The translations under genes and the position numbers were made by a program. A stretch of 64,000 nt of DNA from positions 640,001 to 704,000 of the forward strand of contig CAWEYG010000001.1 of NCBI GenBank assembly GCA_963813155.1, in the 5' to 3' direction. Under the pieces are notes generated by a model, which worked only from the letters and a program-made list of their open reading frames with translations, did not search any database and had not been told where the DNA came from. The DNA is from an uncultured Acidobacteriota bacterium (lineage in GTDB: Bacteria > Acidobacteriota > Thermoanaerobaculia > UBA5066 > DATFVB01). Every line of letters starts with the position of its first letter. The first letter of the stretch is position 1. Positions 19,898 through 30,408 of this stretch are shown one piece after another.

Positions 19898-21045
19898 GTC
19901 TGCCTCGCCAGAAAGAACGCCTTCAGGTACTCCGTCTCCGGGCAGTCGATCGAGACGGGGTGGTCCGGGCCCGCTCCCGCCTTTTCGAGGATCGAGAAAG
20001 TCGTCCTCGAATCGAGCGCGGCGGCGAAGAGGATCTTCTGGAACAGGTCCTGGGACACGTGGCCCGAACACGAGCACGCCAGGAGGATGCCCCCGGGCGC
20101 TACGAGCGACATCGCGAGCCGGAACACGTCCTTGTAGCCGCGAGCCGCCCGATCGACGTCGCGCTTCTTCCGCGCGAAGGCCGGAGGATCGCAAACGACG
20201 ACATCCCACGACTCCCCCGCGCCGACGCGCCGCCGGAGCTCCTGGAAAACGTCGCCCTCGACGAAGTCTTCGGACGAGGCCTCGAAGCCGTTTCTCGCGC
20301 GGTTCTCGCGCGCCCCCGCGAGCGCCGATTCCGACGAATCGACATCGACGGCCCTCGCCGCCCCTCCCGCGAGCGCGGCAACGGAAAATCCCCCGGTGTA
20401 GGAAAAGAGATTGAGGACTGTTCGCCCCTCCGCGAGTCGCCGGACGCGATGTCGGTTTTCCCGCTGATCCAGAAAAAAGCCGGTCTTCTGTCCTGTCGAG
20501 ATTTCAGCGGAAAAATCCAGGCCGTGCTCGCGGAACGACGCCCCGGGCGGGTCCACGGGCTCGCGGCCGGAGCCGGTTTCGTCGTCGGCGCGGATCACGA
20601 GACGCTCCGGCGAGAAGACTTCCCGGTAGGCGGTCTCGATCTCGCTTCGGCGGCGACCGGCGCCTTCCGAGGTGAAAACGAGGACGTCGGTGTCACCGTA
20701 GCGGTCCGCGACGAGGCCCGGCGTGCGGTCGCCTTCCGAGTGGAGCAGCCGGTATCCCGTCGTGTCCGGCGGAATCGTCCGCTTCCTCGCCGAGCGCGCC
20801 GCCTCGAATCGCGACCGGAGGAGGCGGGCGTCGACCGGCGCTGCGGAGAAGGTCCACAGACGCGCTTCGATCTGGGATGCGGGAGCGGCGAGCCCGAAGC
20901 CGAGGGTCTCTCCGGAAGACGACCGGACCTGCGCCAGGCCGTCTTCCGGATCGCCTTCCCGCCGGGCCACCGCGCCGGAGAATACCCACGGGTGGCGGCG
21001 AAGGACGGACTGCTCTCTTCCCGGCTTGAGCGTCAGAGTCCACAC
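19894..21045 (-). CDS. rlmI: Class I SAM-dependent rRNA methyltransferase (RlmI/RlmK family)
   Basis: PUA-like RHPWVFSGA, GQKTGFFLDQRENR, LNLFSYTGGF, DPPAF, SCS, DHP...ETEYLK. Confidence 0.88.
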   Translation of the reverse strand: MWTLTLKPGREQSVLRRHPWVFSGAVARREGDPEDGLAQVRSSSGETLGFGLAAPASQIEARLWTFSAAPVDARLLRSRFEAARSARKRTIPPDTTGYRLLHSEGDRTPGLVADRYGDTDVLVFTSEGAGRRRSEIETAYREVFSPERLVIRADDETGSGREPVDPPGASFREHGLDFSAEISTGQKTGFFLDQRENRHRVRRLAEGRTVLNLFSYTGGFSVAALAGGAARAVDVDSSESALAGARENRARNGFEASSEDFVEGDVFQELRRRVGAGESWDVVVCDPPAFARKKRDVDRAARGYKDVFRLAMSLVAPGGILLACSCSGHVSQDLFQKILFAAALDSRTTFSILEKAGAGPDHPVSIDCPETEYLKAFFLARQT

Positions 21046-21113
21046 GGCCGGAAGCTTAGCGGAATCGCCGATTTGGATTGACAGAATCGCGATCCAGGTC
21101 TTAAATATCTGGA

Positions 21114-21611
21114 ATGGCAGACGAAAGCAAAGATCCGTACGCCGAGTTCACGGCGAGGGATCTGCTCAAGCTCGGCCTTGCGGCGTTGAAGGCGAAACGA
21201 ATCCCGGAAGCCAGCGGAATGCTCTTCGAAGTGTGCGAGAGGTTCGCGCGCAACGGCGAGCGCGTTCCCCCGACCGCGCTCTCGCTCTACGCCCTGACGC
21301 TCGCCTACCAGAACCGAATGAAGGACGCGATCGATACCTGCCGGCTGGCGCTTCGACGCGAACCCGACAACGCAACGTCGCGGCTCCACATGGCTCGAAT
21401 TTATCTTCTCGCCGATTCCCGACGGCGCGCGTTCGACGAATTGCAGAAGGGCCTCGCGATTTCCCCGAGGAACGCCGACCTGCTCTCGCTCCAAAAAGAG
21501 CTCGGCGCCCGCCGCAAACCGGTCATCGCGCTCCTCGCGCGCGAAAACCCGATCAACGTGAAGCTCGGAAAAGCTCGATCGCAGATTCGGAAGGCGCCGA
21601 AGCCGGCCTAG
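21114..21611 (+). CDS. Tetratricopeptide-repeat protein
   Basis: TPR-like helices (AIDTCRLALRREPDNA, AFDELQKGLAISPRNA) and a C-terminal R.NPINV.LG motif. Confidence 0.75.
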   Translation: MADESKDPYAEFTARDLLKLGLAALKAKRIPEASGMLFEVCERFARNGERVPPTALSLYALTLAYQNRMKDAIDTCRLALRREPDNATSRLHMARIYLLADSRRRAFDELQKGLAISPRNADLLSLQKELGARRKPVIALLARENPINVKLGKARSQIRKAPKPA

Positions 21612-23380
21612 CCCTTCGGAATCGGATCCCCGGGACTCGCCGCCGGAAAGACGACCCGAAAGACCGCGCCCGAACCCGATTCTCCTTCGACCTCGACCTG
21701 CGCCCGGTGAAGAAGCGCCAGATGCTTCACGATCGCGAGCCCCAGACCCGTGCCCGGCCTCGCCTTCGACCGCGACGGGTCGATCTGATAGAAGCGCTGA
21801 AAGATCTTGTCGCGCTCCGATCGCGGGATGCCGGGCCCACTGTCGGAGATCGTGAGCACGGGAGACCCGTCTCGCAGGCCGAGCGAAGCCTCGACGGGAG
21901 ATCCGTCGGGGGAAAACTTGATCGCGTTGTCGAGCAGGTTGTGGACGATTTGCACGAGCCTCTTGCGATCGCCCGACACGCGAATCTCGCGGTCTCCCGA
22001 GACGCGGACCGCCACCCCGCGCTCGGAGGCCTGGCGCGCCAGATCCCCGGCGACCTCGTCGACGACCGGCAGGAGCGCCACCTCCTCCCACGCGAGCTCG
22101 ATCGCGCCCGATTCCATTCGCGACAGGTCCGTCAGGTCCTCGATCAATTCGTGCATCCGCCGGGTCTGCCGTGCGATCAGCTCGGTCAGCTGAACGCTCT
22201 CGTCTTTCTCCGTTTCGCCCTCGAGCAGAGTTTCCGCGGCCGCCGCGATCGAGGCGACCGGGGTTCGAAGCTCGTGGGACACGTCGGAAACGAAGCGCCG
22301 CCTCATCGCCTCGGTGCGCGCCAGGCGCGTCACGTCCCGGAAGATCCCGACAGCCCTTCCCCTCGTGCCGCGCGGCAGCGGCAGGACGTCGACCTCCCAC
22401 GTGACTTCATTCGGCCTCTTCCAGACGAAGGTCTCTTCCCGGCTCGAGTCCGAGTCGATCGCCTCCCGAAACAGCTCGTGGACCCGGGGATCGCGAACGA
22501 CGTCGACGAGCGGCCGGCCGGCAGGGTCGGGGCATTCGAGCATTTTCGAAAAGGCGCTGTTCGCCTGGACGATCTCCGACTTCTCCCCGATGACGACGAG
22601 ACCCGAGGGGAGCCGGTCGAACGCCGCGGCGGTCAGCTTTCGCTCGGTTTCCGCCGCCGCGAGCGAGGCCAACAGAGAGCTCTTCATGCGGCGAACGGCC
22701 TCGGAAAGGGCGGCTGCCTCCGGCTCGTCCTCCTCGGGCGCGTCGCGCGTGAGATCGCCTCGCGACACGGCGAGCGCGGCTTCGGTCACTCGCCGCAGCG
22801 GGGCCGAGAATCTTCGGCTCGCCAGGTGTCCGACCAGGAAAAGCACGAGGCACGCTCCGAAAATCGCCGCGCGCCCGAGAGAAAGCGTCCGGGACTCGTC
22901 GGCCTGAAGCCGATCGAGCGGATAGGCGAGCCGAATGAACCCGACCGTCGTCCCGGCCGCGTCGACACGGTCGGCGAGATAGATGAAATCGAGATCCAGC
23001 GTCGCCGAAAAACGACGCGAGGAGCCGGTGCCCTGGGCTCTCGCATCCCGGATCTCCGGGCGGTTCGCGTGGTTCTCCATGTTCGGGACCTGGGCAGGCG
23101 GGACCTCGCTGTCGGAGACGACGCGGCCGTCGGGACGGATCGCCGTGACGCGCGCCCCCAGGGTCCTGCCGGACGAGCGGACGAACGCGTCGAGCCCGGC
23201 TTCATCGCCGAACTGAGGCGCCGCCAGCCGGGCGAGCAGGGAGCACTCCGACGAAAGGCGATCGATCGCCCTCGCCTGCGAAGCCCGATCGAGCAGGAAT
23301 CCCCAGAACGCGTTCAGGAGCACCGCAACGCCGAGCGCGAGAAGGCCGAAAAGGAGGGAGAATCGGGACGAGAGCTTCAC
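21608..23380 (-). CDS. phoR: Phosphate regulon sensor histidine kinase (periplasmic domain, HAMP, PAS, HisKA, HATPase)
   Basis: MENHANRPE, FVSDVSHELRTP, NLLDNAIKF, DSGPGI, GTGLGLAIVKH; downstream of pst-phoB. Confidence 0.92.
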   Translation of the reverse strand: MKLSSRFSLLFGLLALGVAVLLNAFWGFLLDRASQARAIDRLSSECSLLARLAAPQFGDEAGLDAFVRSSGRTLGARVTAIRPDGRVVSDSEVPPAQVPNMENHANRPEIRDARAQGTGSSRRFSATLDLDFIYLADRVDAAGTTVGFIRLAYPLDRLQADESRTLSLGRAAIFGACLVLFLVGHLASRRFSAPLRRVTEAALAVSRGDLTRDAPEEDEPEAAALSEAVRRMKSSLLASLAAAETERKLTAAAFDRLPSGLVVIGEKSEIVQANSAFSKMLECPDPAGRPLVDVVRDPRVHELFREAIDSDSSREETFVWKRPNEVTWEVDVLPLPRGTRGRAVGIFRDVTRLARTEAMRRRFVSDVSHELRTPVASIAAAAETLLEGETEKDESVQLTELIARQTRRMHELIEDLTDLSRMESGAIELAWEEVALLPVVDEVAGDLARQASERGVAVRVSGDREIRVSGDRKRLVQIVHNLLDNAIKFSPDGSPVEASLGLRDGSPVLTISDSGPGIPRSERDKIFQRFYQIDPSRSKARPGTGLGLAIVKHLALLHRAQVEVEGESGSGAVFRVVFPAASPGDPIPKG

Positions 23381-24069
23381 GTGCCGGGCTGGCGGAACCG
23401 GTAGCCGAGCCCCACGACCGTCTCGATTCTCTCGTCGCCCAGCTTTTTCCGAAGCGACCGGATGTGCACGTCGACGGTGCGAGTCTCGACATCGGCGTCG
23501 TAGTCCCAGAGCCGCGCGAGAATCGTGTCTCGTGTCACCACCCGGGAACGATTGCGGATCAGCAGCCAGAGAAGGTCGAACTCTTTCTTCGTGAGGTGAA
23601 CCGGAACGCCGTCCTTGACGACTTCGTAGCGAGCGCGATCGACCCGAAGGCCGGGCTGCTCGAACACCTCTTCTTCGGAGGTTTCGAAGGAGGCGACCCG
23701 ACGCAGGTGAGCGGAGACCCGCGCGACGAGCTCCTTCATCGAAAAGGGTTTCGTGATGTAGTCGTCGGCGCCGATCTCGAACCCGAGCAGCTTGTCGCGC
23801 TCCTCCACCCGGGCGGTCAGCATGATGATCGGAATCTTCTTCGTGTCTTCCTGGGAACGCAATTCGCGGCAGAGAGCCAGCCCGTCGATGTCGGGAAGGT
23901 TCAAGTCGAGAATGATCAGGTCGAAAGGACGTTCGTGGAGAGCGCTGAGGGCCGCGATGCCCGAGGCGAAATGCTCCACGTGGTAGCGCTTCTCTTTGCG
24001 CAGGTTCACCCGAATCGTGTACGCGATGTCGGGATCGTCCTCGATGAGCGCGATTCGTTTTTGCGCCAA
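23377..24069 (-). CDS. phoB: OmpR-family response regulator PhoB/PhoP
   Basis: IEDD, LDLNLP..DG, MLTA, GADDYITKPF, LTKKEFDLL, RTVDVHI; probable TTG start at 24069 after AGAGGGA. Confidence 0.9.
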   Translation of the reverse strand: MAQKRIALIEDDPDIAYTIRVNLRKEKRYHVEHFASGIAALSALHERPFDLIILDLNLPDIDGLALCRELRSQEDTKKIPIIMLTARVEERDKLLGFEIGADDYITKPFSMKELVARVSAHLRRVASFETSEEEVFEQPGLRVDRARYEVVKDGVPVHLTKKEFDLLWLLIRNRSRVVTRDTILARLWDYDADVETRTVDVHIRSLRKKLGDERIETVVGLGYRFRQPGT

Positions 24070-24103
24070 CGTCCCTCTGTTCGAATCCTGCCCGTTCTTG
24101 CCG

Positions 24104-24911
24104 TTAACCGAATCGCCCGGTAATGTAGTCTTCGGTGATCTTCTCTCCGGGATTCGTGAAGATTTTGTCGGTTCGATCATACTCGACGAGCCTCCCCAGC
24201 ATGAAAAATGCGGTTCCGTCCGAGACGCGCGCCGCCTGCTGCATATTGTGCGTCACGATCGCGATCGTGTAGCGCTCCTTGAGTTGATAGATGAGCTCCT
24301 CGACCTTCTGCGTGGCGATCGGGTCGAGCGCCGAAGCGGGCTCGTCCATCAGGATGACTTCCGGCTCGATCGCGAGGGCCCGGGCGATGCAGAGCCGCTG
24401 CTGCTGGCCGCCGGAGAGGCCGAGCGCCGGGTCGTCCAGTCGGTCCTTGACCTCGTCCCAGAGCGCCGCCTCCTGGAGCGACTTCTCGACCCGCTCGGCA
24501 ATCTGCGACCGGCGGACGGTTCCGTTGATTCGAAGGCCATACGCGACGTTGTCGAAGATCGATTTGGGAAAGGGATTCGATTTCTGGAAGACCATCCCCA
24601 CCCGGCGCCGAAGATCGACGATGTCGACGTCGCCCTCGTAGATGTCCGTTCCGTCGAGCAACACGTCGCCCTCGACGCGCGTCGCCGGAATGATGTCGTT
24701 CATCCGGTTGAGGCAGCGGAGAAACGTCGATTTTCCGCATCCGGAGGGACCGATCAACGCGGTGACCGATTTCTCCGGGATCGGCAGGGAAACGTCGAAC
24801 AGCGCCTGACGTTTCGCCGTAGAAGAAATTGACGTGACGGGCCTCCATCCGCGGCTTCGCGGCGCCGGTGGCCGGGCTCGTTTGAGGTGGAACCGTCGTG
24901 ATCGTCGTCAT
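24104..24911 (-). CDS. pstB: Phosphate ABC transporter ATP-binding protein (indel near 24810)
   Basis: [50 protein letters not shown]. Confidence 0.95.
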
Positions 24912-24915
24912 CGTG

Positions 24916-25771
24916 TCAACCGACCCTCATCCTTTCCAGTCGCCGCGTTGCGACTCGGGCCAGAACCGAAAAGAGGAACACGAGCATGATCAGCACCAGA
25001 GCGCCCGCCCATGCCAGACGATGCCAGTCTTCGTAGGGCGAAATCGCGTAGCTGTAAATCTGCACGGTCAAGCGACGCCGTCGGCTGGTCCAGCCGGTTG
25101 CTCCAGAACTGGTTGTTGAACGAGGTGAAGAGCAGCGGCGCCGTCTCCCCGGCGATCCGGGCGATCGCGACGAGAATCGATGTCAGAATTCCGGAAAGCG
25201 CCGCCGGCAAAATGATCGTGAATGCCGTCCGGGCGCGCGTGGCGCCCAGAGCCAGGCCGCCTTCGCGAAGGCTGTTGGGAACGAGAAGGATCAACTCCTC
25301 CGTGGCTCGGGTGACAATCGGGATCATCATCATCGCGAGCGCCACGCCGCCCGCGATCGCGGAGAACCGCCGCATGGGAATGACGACGAGCCCGTAGGCG
25401 AAGATGCCGATCACGATCGACGGGATTCCGTTGAGGATGTCGGCGCAGAACCGGATCGCCTGGGCCAGGCCCGTTCCCTTGTACTCCGCGACGTAGATCC
25501 CGGCGAGGACCCCGACCGGGACGGACAGAGCCGAAGCGATCGCGATGAGCTTGATCGTGCCGACGATCGCGTTGGCCATTCCTCCGCCCGTCTCGCCCAT
25601 GGGCTTCGGCAGCTTCGTGAAGAAATTCCAGCTGAGCGAGGAGAACCCCTTCCACAGGCAGTAGAACAGGATCAGCGCGAGAGGCGCCAGCGCGAGCAAC
25701 ACCGCGAGCCCGCTCGCCGCAACCATGACGCTCGACAGCCCTTTGCGGAAGCGAAGGTTGCGCGCCCTCAT
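24916..25771 (-). CDS. pstA: Phosphate ABC transporter permease PstA (indel near 25070)
   Basis: GGMANAIVGT, GIPSIVIG, ARIAGETAPLLFT; frame-corrected end SPYEDWHRLAWAGALVL. Confidence 0.93.
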
Positions 25772-26764
25772 GCCGGCACCGCCGCGACGGGCTGGGCGGC
25801 CGCTTCCGCGGCGCGCCTCTGCGGCTCGCGGGTCGTCGACCAGATGAGGAGCCGCGAGAACAGGCTGATCGCGAACGTGATCACAAAGAGAACGAGGCCG
25901 ATCTCGAAGAGCGCCTGCAGGTACAGGTCGGTCGCCGCTTCGGAGAATTCGTTGGCCAGCACGGCGGCCATCGTGTGCTGGGGCGCGAACAAGGACAGGC
26001 GAGATCTGCGGGTTGTTGCCGATGAGCATCGTGACCGCCATCGTCTCGCCGAACGCCCGGCCGAAGCCCAGCATGATGGCCCCGATGAGGCCCGTGCGCC
26101 CGTAGCGCATCGCCACGAGCGTCGCCTCCCATTTCGTCGCGCCGAGCGCGTACGCCGCCTCGCGCTGCGTCATGGGAACGGCCTTGAGCACCTCCCGCGA
26201 AATCGACGAAATGAACGGGATGACCATGACCGTCAGGATCAGGCCCGCCGCGAGCATTCCGATGCCGTACGGAGGGCCCGAGAAGATCGGCAGTTTGTGC
26301 AAGGGCGTCTTCGAGACGAGGGTCTCGAACTTTCGGACGATCGGAACGAGGACGAACACTCCCCACAGCCCGTAGACGATCGAAGGGATCGCCGCGAGAA
26401 GCTCCGTGAGAAAGGCCAACGGCTGCTTCCACCGGTTCGGAGAGATCTCCGTGATGAAGACCGCGATGCCGAGCGCGATCGGCACGGAAAAGACAATCGC
26501 GAAAATCGACGAATAGAGCGTTCCCCAGATGAACGGGAGAGCGCCGAAGTCGCCGGACACGGGGTCCCAGCTGGTGCTCGTCCAGAACTTCCAGCCGAAC
26601 TTGTGGATCGCGAGCGCGGAGTGCCGATAGAGCTCGAAACCGATGCCGGCGACCACGAGCAGGACGATCGACGCGACGAGGCCCGTCCAGAAACGAAACG
26701 ATCCGTCGTCGTTGCGGCGGACCCTCTTCTTCTTCAAAGCCGGAGGCATCGTTTGCTGGCCCAT
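25768..26764 (-). CDS. pstC: Phosphate ABC transporter permease PstC (indel near 25995)
   Basis: WDPV...FGALPFIWGT, ELLAAIPSIVYGLWG, GRAFGETMAVTM, ANEFSEA. Confidence 0.93.
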
Positions 26765-26778
26765 GGCAAGTTGTGTCG

Positions 26779-26814
26779 GAGCGGCCCGACCGCCATTGAA
26801 CGGCCGGGCCGCTC
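26779..26814 (-). promoter_or_regulatory. Intercistronic stem-loop between pstS and pstC (likely mRNA stabiliser or partial terminator)
   Basis: GAGCGGCCCG.CCG / CGG.CGGGCCGCTC inverted repeat just after the pstS stop. Confidence 0.6.
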
Positions 26815-26824
26815 GACTACCAGT

Positions 26825-27841
26825 TTATTTGACTTTCCCGATCGCCGCTTCTTCGAGAGCGACGACCTGCTTCGGAAGCGGCGCGTACCCGAGGTCCGCG
26901 CAGTATTTCTGGCCGTCCGTCAGCATCCAGTGCATGAAATCCGTCAGGATCTTTCCCTTCGCCTTGTCTTTCTGATTCTGGTACACGAGGAGCCACGTGA
27001 ACGAGGAGATCGGGTACACCTTCTCGCCGGGAGCGTTCGTGATCGAAACCCGGAAATCCTTCGGCATCGCCGTCGCGGCCACCGCGGCCGATTCCGTCAC
27101 TCCGTCAAGCGAGGCTCGAACGAAACGCCCCGAGGCGTTCTGGACCTGGCCGTAATCGATCTTGTTCTGAATGGCGTAGATCAACTCCACGTAGCCGATC
27201 GCGCCCGGCTGTTGTTTCACCTGGCCCGCAACGCCCTCATTGCCCTTGCCTCCGACTCCCACCGGCCACTTCAGCGAGGTCGCAACCCCGACCGTCTTCT
27301 TCCAGGCCGGGGAAACCTTCGCGAGGTAATCGGCCCAGATGTAGGTCGTCCCCGAACCGTCGGACCGGTGCACGACCGCGATGTCCACGTCGGGAAATTT
27401 CACGCCGGCGTTCAGGACCGCGATCGCCTTGTCGTTCCATTTCGTGATTTTTCCCATGAAAATGTCCGCGAGCACGGGGCCCGTGAATTTCAGCTCGGCA
27501 TTGACGCCCGGAATGTTGTAGACGGGAACGACGGCGCCGAGAACCGTCGGGAAATGGAGGATGCCGGGCGCACCCTGCAGCTGCTCCGCGTTCATCGGCC
27601 CGTCGCTCGCGCCGAAGTCGACGGTGTGCTCCGTGATCTGCCGGATTCCTCCGCCCGAGCCGATCGACTGATAGTTGATCTGAACGTTCGGATGGGCGTT
27701 GTGGTACTCGGAAAACCACTTCGTGTAGATCGGGGCGGGGAACGTCGCCCCCGCACCGTTCAACTGAATGGTCTGCGCCGAAGCCGGAACAACCGCGAGG
27801 GCCGCGCCGGCGATCAGGCCGAGAATTCGATTCAACTGCAT
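26825..27841 (-). CDS. pstS: Phosphate ABC transporter substrate-binding protein
   Basis: GAGATFPAP, YQSIGSGGG, DFGASD, RSDGSGTT, GKGNEGV. Confidence 0.97.
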   Translation of the reverse strand: MQLNRILGLIAGAALAVVPASAQTIQLNGAGATFPAPIYTKWFSEYHNAHPNVQINYQSIGSGGGIRQITEHTVDFGASDGPMNAEQLQGAPGILHFPTVLGAVVPVYNIPGVNAELKFTGPVLADIFMGKITKWNDKAIAVLNAGVKFPDVDIAVVHRSDGSGTTYIWADYLAKVSPAWKKTVGVATSLKWPVGVGGKGNEGVAGQVKQQPGAIGYVELIYAIQNKIDYGQVQNASGRFVRASLDGVTESAAVAATAMPKDFRVSITNAPGEKVYPISSFTWLLVYQNQKDKAKGKILTDFMHWMLTDGQKYCADLGYAPLPKQVVALEEAAIGKVK

Positions 27842-27864
27842 TTCAATACCTCAATTTCATCAAG

Positions 27865-28998
27865 TTAGAAGGAGAACAGGCAGTGCAGCGCGTACGCCTT
27901 GTTCGTCACGTTGCTCGCCGATTGCAAGGCCTTGTCGAACTTCACCTCGGTGTAGTCCGCCATCAGCGCCGAGGAGACGCCCTTGAGAACCGGGAACCAG
28001 TAGGCCACGCCCAAGATCGTGCGCTTTTTCTTTGCATCGCCGACCACGGCGTTCTTGTTCGGCTCGAGCGAGTCGTAGCGGAACAGACCTTCCAGTCCGA
28101 ACTCCGTCCGCGGAGTCACCCATCCCGACCAGCCCTGGGCATGGACCTCGGCTGCGGTCGGGGTCGTCTGGTTCTTCGCGTCGAGCCACTCGAAGCCCGC
28201 GTTGACGTACTTGTGCTCGAACGTCGCATTGAGGACGTACCGACGCTTCTTGGCGTGATCCGCGAAGTTGTCGCCGTCGTAGAAAGCGGTCAGCCGCAGA
28301 CCTTTCACGACGTCGACGCCCGGCGCCGGCCGAATCGAAACGCGGCCCTGGAAGCCCTTCTGATCGTTTCCGCCGTTGGAGTCCGCGAGGCTGTTGTAGC
28401 CCTCTCCGTTGTACACGCCGACGTGAAGGTCGCCGTAATTCGAGGGCAGGTTGTAGTGGCCGGAAATTCCGTAGTCCGAAGAGGTCAGAAATCCCTCCGC
28501 GTCCGTAAAGACTTTCCCCTGAAAGCGGTAGCGGTAGATGCCCTCTTCATAATCGATCCAGGGAGTCTGATTGGCGCCGATTCGCAGCCAAGCTCCTTTG
28601 CCCGCCCACTCGTCGAAGTTCACCTGGCCGTACGCGTACTTGAGACGGAAGACGTTGGAACCGTTCAGCGAGGAGTCCGTCGTGTTGTTGTCGGGCTGCA
28701 CGTCCGCCGTCACGCGAAAGGCGATCATGTGCGAGATGCTCCCGGCGATCGTCATGTACGCCCGGCTGACGTTGAAAGAGCTCTTGTTGATCGTGTGATG
28801 GTTCGTGTCGGAGACCGTGGGCGTGTCCTGGTAGGTGTAGTCCGTGAAGATCGTGACACCCGGCCGGACGGTCGGCGTGTCGTCCACCGGCTCGTAGGCC
28901 TGCGCGGGAGTGACCTGCGCCGACGCCAGCCCGGCCCCGAGGATCATTGCGGCAATACCCGCCGCCGACAAGAGAAGTTTCCCTGCGTTGAGTCTCAT
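27865..28998 (-). CDS. Outer-membrane porin (phosphate-selective OprO/OprP-like by context)
   Basis: Signal peptide, amphipathic beta strands (FNVSRAY, RLKYAY, RYD), C-terminal Phe; first gene of the pst operon. Confidence 0.75.
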   Translation of the reverse strand: MRLNAGKLLLSAAGIAAMILGAGLASAQVTPAQAYEPVDDTPTVRPGVTIFTDYTYQDTPTVSDTNHHTINKSSFNVSRAYMTIAGSISHMIAFRVTADVQPDNNTTDSSLNGSNVFRLKYAYGQVNFDEWAGKGAWLRIGANQTPWIDYEEGIYRYRFQGKVFTDAEGFLTSSDYGISGHYNLPSNYGDLHVGVYNGEGYNSLADSNGGNDQKGFQGRVSIRPAPGVDVVKGLRLTAFYDGDNFADHAKKRRYVLNATFEHKYVNAGFEWLDAKNQTTPTAAEVHAQGWSGWVTPRTEFGLEGLFRYDSLEPNKNAVVGDAKKKRTILGVAYWFPVLKGVSSALMADYTEVKFDKALQSASNVTNKAYALHCLFSF

Positions 28999-29047
28999 TG
29001 AAATCTCTCCTCCTTTTTGCGGGCCCAAGCTACGGCCCGGGAGTTCG

Positions 29048-29081
29048 CGGAAAACGAAGACGATGTAAATTCGGTTTAAAG
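29048..29081 (-). promoter_or_regulatory. Putative Pho box upstream of the porin-pst operon
   Basis: Minus strand TTTAA (29080-76), TTTAC (29069-65), TTCGT (29058-54), spaced exactly 11 bp. Confidence 0.65.
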
Positions 29082-29092
29082 AGTCGTTTCGA

Positions 29093-29115
29093 ATTTACCC
29101 GGAATTCACGGTCCG
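29093..29115 (+). promoter_or_regulatory. Putative Pho box upstream of the PP2C phosphatase
   Basis: aTTTACccgga aTTCACggtcc direct repeat with 11-bp period. Confidence 0.6.
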
Positions 29116-29156
29116 CCTCGGTCGTTCTGAGATCTTTGCGCGTCTGAGGTGAATCC

Positions 29157-30320
29157 ATGCACGGTTCCACTGTCGAGCGTTTTTCTCTTCCCGCGGCAGG
29201 CCCGAAGGACGCGTTCCGGGCGGCCGAGCTCCTCCTGAGCGACCTGTCGTTTCGCAACGAGCTCGCGGACCTGCGCGAGGCGGCCGGAAGGATTTGCGGC
29301 GCCTTCCCGGGCGACGGTTCGCCGGGAGCGGCGATCTACTTGAAGGACGGATATTCGTTCCGCCGTCTCGACGAGGTCGGGGCGGCCGACTCGCCGGCCG
29401 TTCTCGGCCCCGAGGAAAGCGAGCAGGTTCGCAACGACGTTTCCGCCTACGGATTCGGCCGGGCCTCGGCCGCCATATGGAACGTCGGGGGACGGCGCGA
29501 ATGGGTCGTCTCCTGGCACTTCTCGCGCGCTTTCTCGAACGAGGAGGTCATCTCGCTCGAAGCCGTCCGGCTCGCGTTGAACCAGCGGCTCCTCGAATCG
29601 AGCTTCACGGGAATCCTCCAACAGGCGGCCGCGATCCAGAGGAGCCTCCTGCCCGATCCTCTCCCCTTTCTCCCGGGGTTCGATCTCGCCGCCCGATCGG
29701 TCCCGGCCGAATCGGTCGGGGGAGACGCCTACGACGCCCTCGAGCTCGGCCACGACACCCTGGCTTTCGCCGTCGCCGACGCTTCGGGCCACGGACTTCC
29801 GGCGGCCCTCGAGGCGCGAGACGTCGTCGTCGGGCTCCGAATGGGGGCCGCGCGCCACATGAAGATCGGCGCCACGGTCGAGAAGCTGAACGGAATCCTC
29901 TGCCGGTCCACTCTCTCGTCGCGGTTCGTCTCGCTCGTCTACGGAGAGCTCGAGCTGGACGGCCGATTCCAGTTCGTGAACGCGGGCCACCCCCACCCGA
30001 TTCTCGTCAACCCCGGCTCGACGACCGTCTTTCCGGAGACGGGGATGGTCCTCGGGGTCGAGCCCGGGGTCCGCCATCGGCTTCAGCACGGCGAGATCGC
30101 CTCCGGCGGTGCGCTCGTGATCGTGACGGACGGTATCCTCGAGTGCTCTTCGCCGGACGGCGAGGAATTCGGAGCGGAGAGGGTCGCGTCCCTCGCCCGC
30201 GCCCTCGCGGGCCGGCCCGCCGCGTGGATCGTCGGCGCGCTGTTCGAAGCGCTCGAGAACCACAGCCGGGAAAGGTCGCTCTCCGACGACGCGACCGTGC
30301 TCGTGATTCGCCGGGAATGA
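29157..30320 (+). CDS. PP2C/SpoIIE (RsbU-like) Ser/Thr phosphatase
   Basis: IQRSLLP, VGGDAYD, ADASGHG, NAGHP, TDGI, DDAT. Confidence 0.92.
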   Translation: MHGSTVERFSLPAAGPKDAFRAAELLLSDLSFRNELADLREAAGRICGAFPGDGSPGAAIYLKDGYSFRRLDEVGAADSPAVLGPEESEQVRNDVSAYGFGRASAAIWNVGGRREWVVSWHFSRAFSNEEVISLEAVRLALNQRLLESSFTGILQQAAAIQRSLLPDPLPFLPGFDLAARSVPAESVGGDAYDALELGHDTLAFAVADASGHGLPAALEARDVVVGLRMGAARHMKIGATVEKLNGILCRSTLSSRFVSLVYGELELDGRFQFVNAGHPHPILVNPGSTTVFPETGMVLGVEPGVRHRLQHGEIASGGALVIVTDGILECSSPDGEEFGAERVASLARALAGRPAAWIVGALFEALENHSRERSLSDDATVLVIRRE

Positions 30321-30345
30321 GCCGGATTCTCGGCGATCCGTCGGA

Positions 30346-30379
30346 CCTCACGCAGTCTTTACAACGGTTTCATCGGAAC
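30346..30379 (+). promoter_or_regulatory. Putative Pho box upstream of the SMR gene
   Basis: CTCAC (30347), TTTAC (30358), TTCAT (30369), 11-bp period. Confidence 0.55.
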
Positions 30380-30408
30380 CGCCGAATTGCCGAAGGAGAA
30401 TCGGCGAG

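Noticed and set aside
20723-23404. Long antisense or alternate-frame ORFs (e.g. 893 aa here, 25844-27868, 46438-48399)
   Set aside because: Arg/Pro/Gly-rich shadow ORFs expected in high-GC DNA, overlapping well-supported genes and lacking motifs.
24075-24095. GTTCGAATCC resembling a tRNA T-loop
   Set aside because: No cloverleaf or acceptor stem; it lies in the 34-bp pstB-phoB spacer.
30320-30408. Guanidine riboswitch upstream of the SugE-like SMR
   Set aside because: No twin ACGR-loop hairpins or other recognisable class I/III motif; the region fits an 11-bp repeat array better. A Rfam scan was not run.
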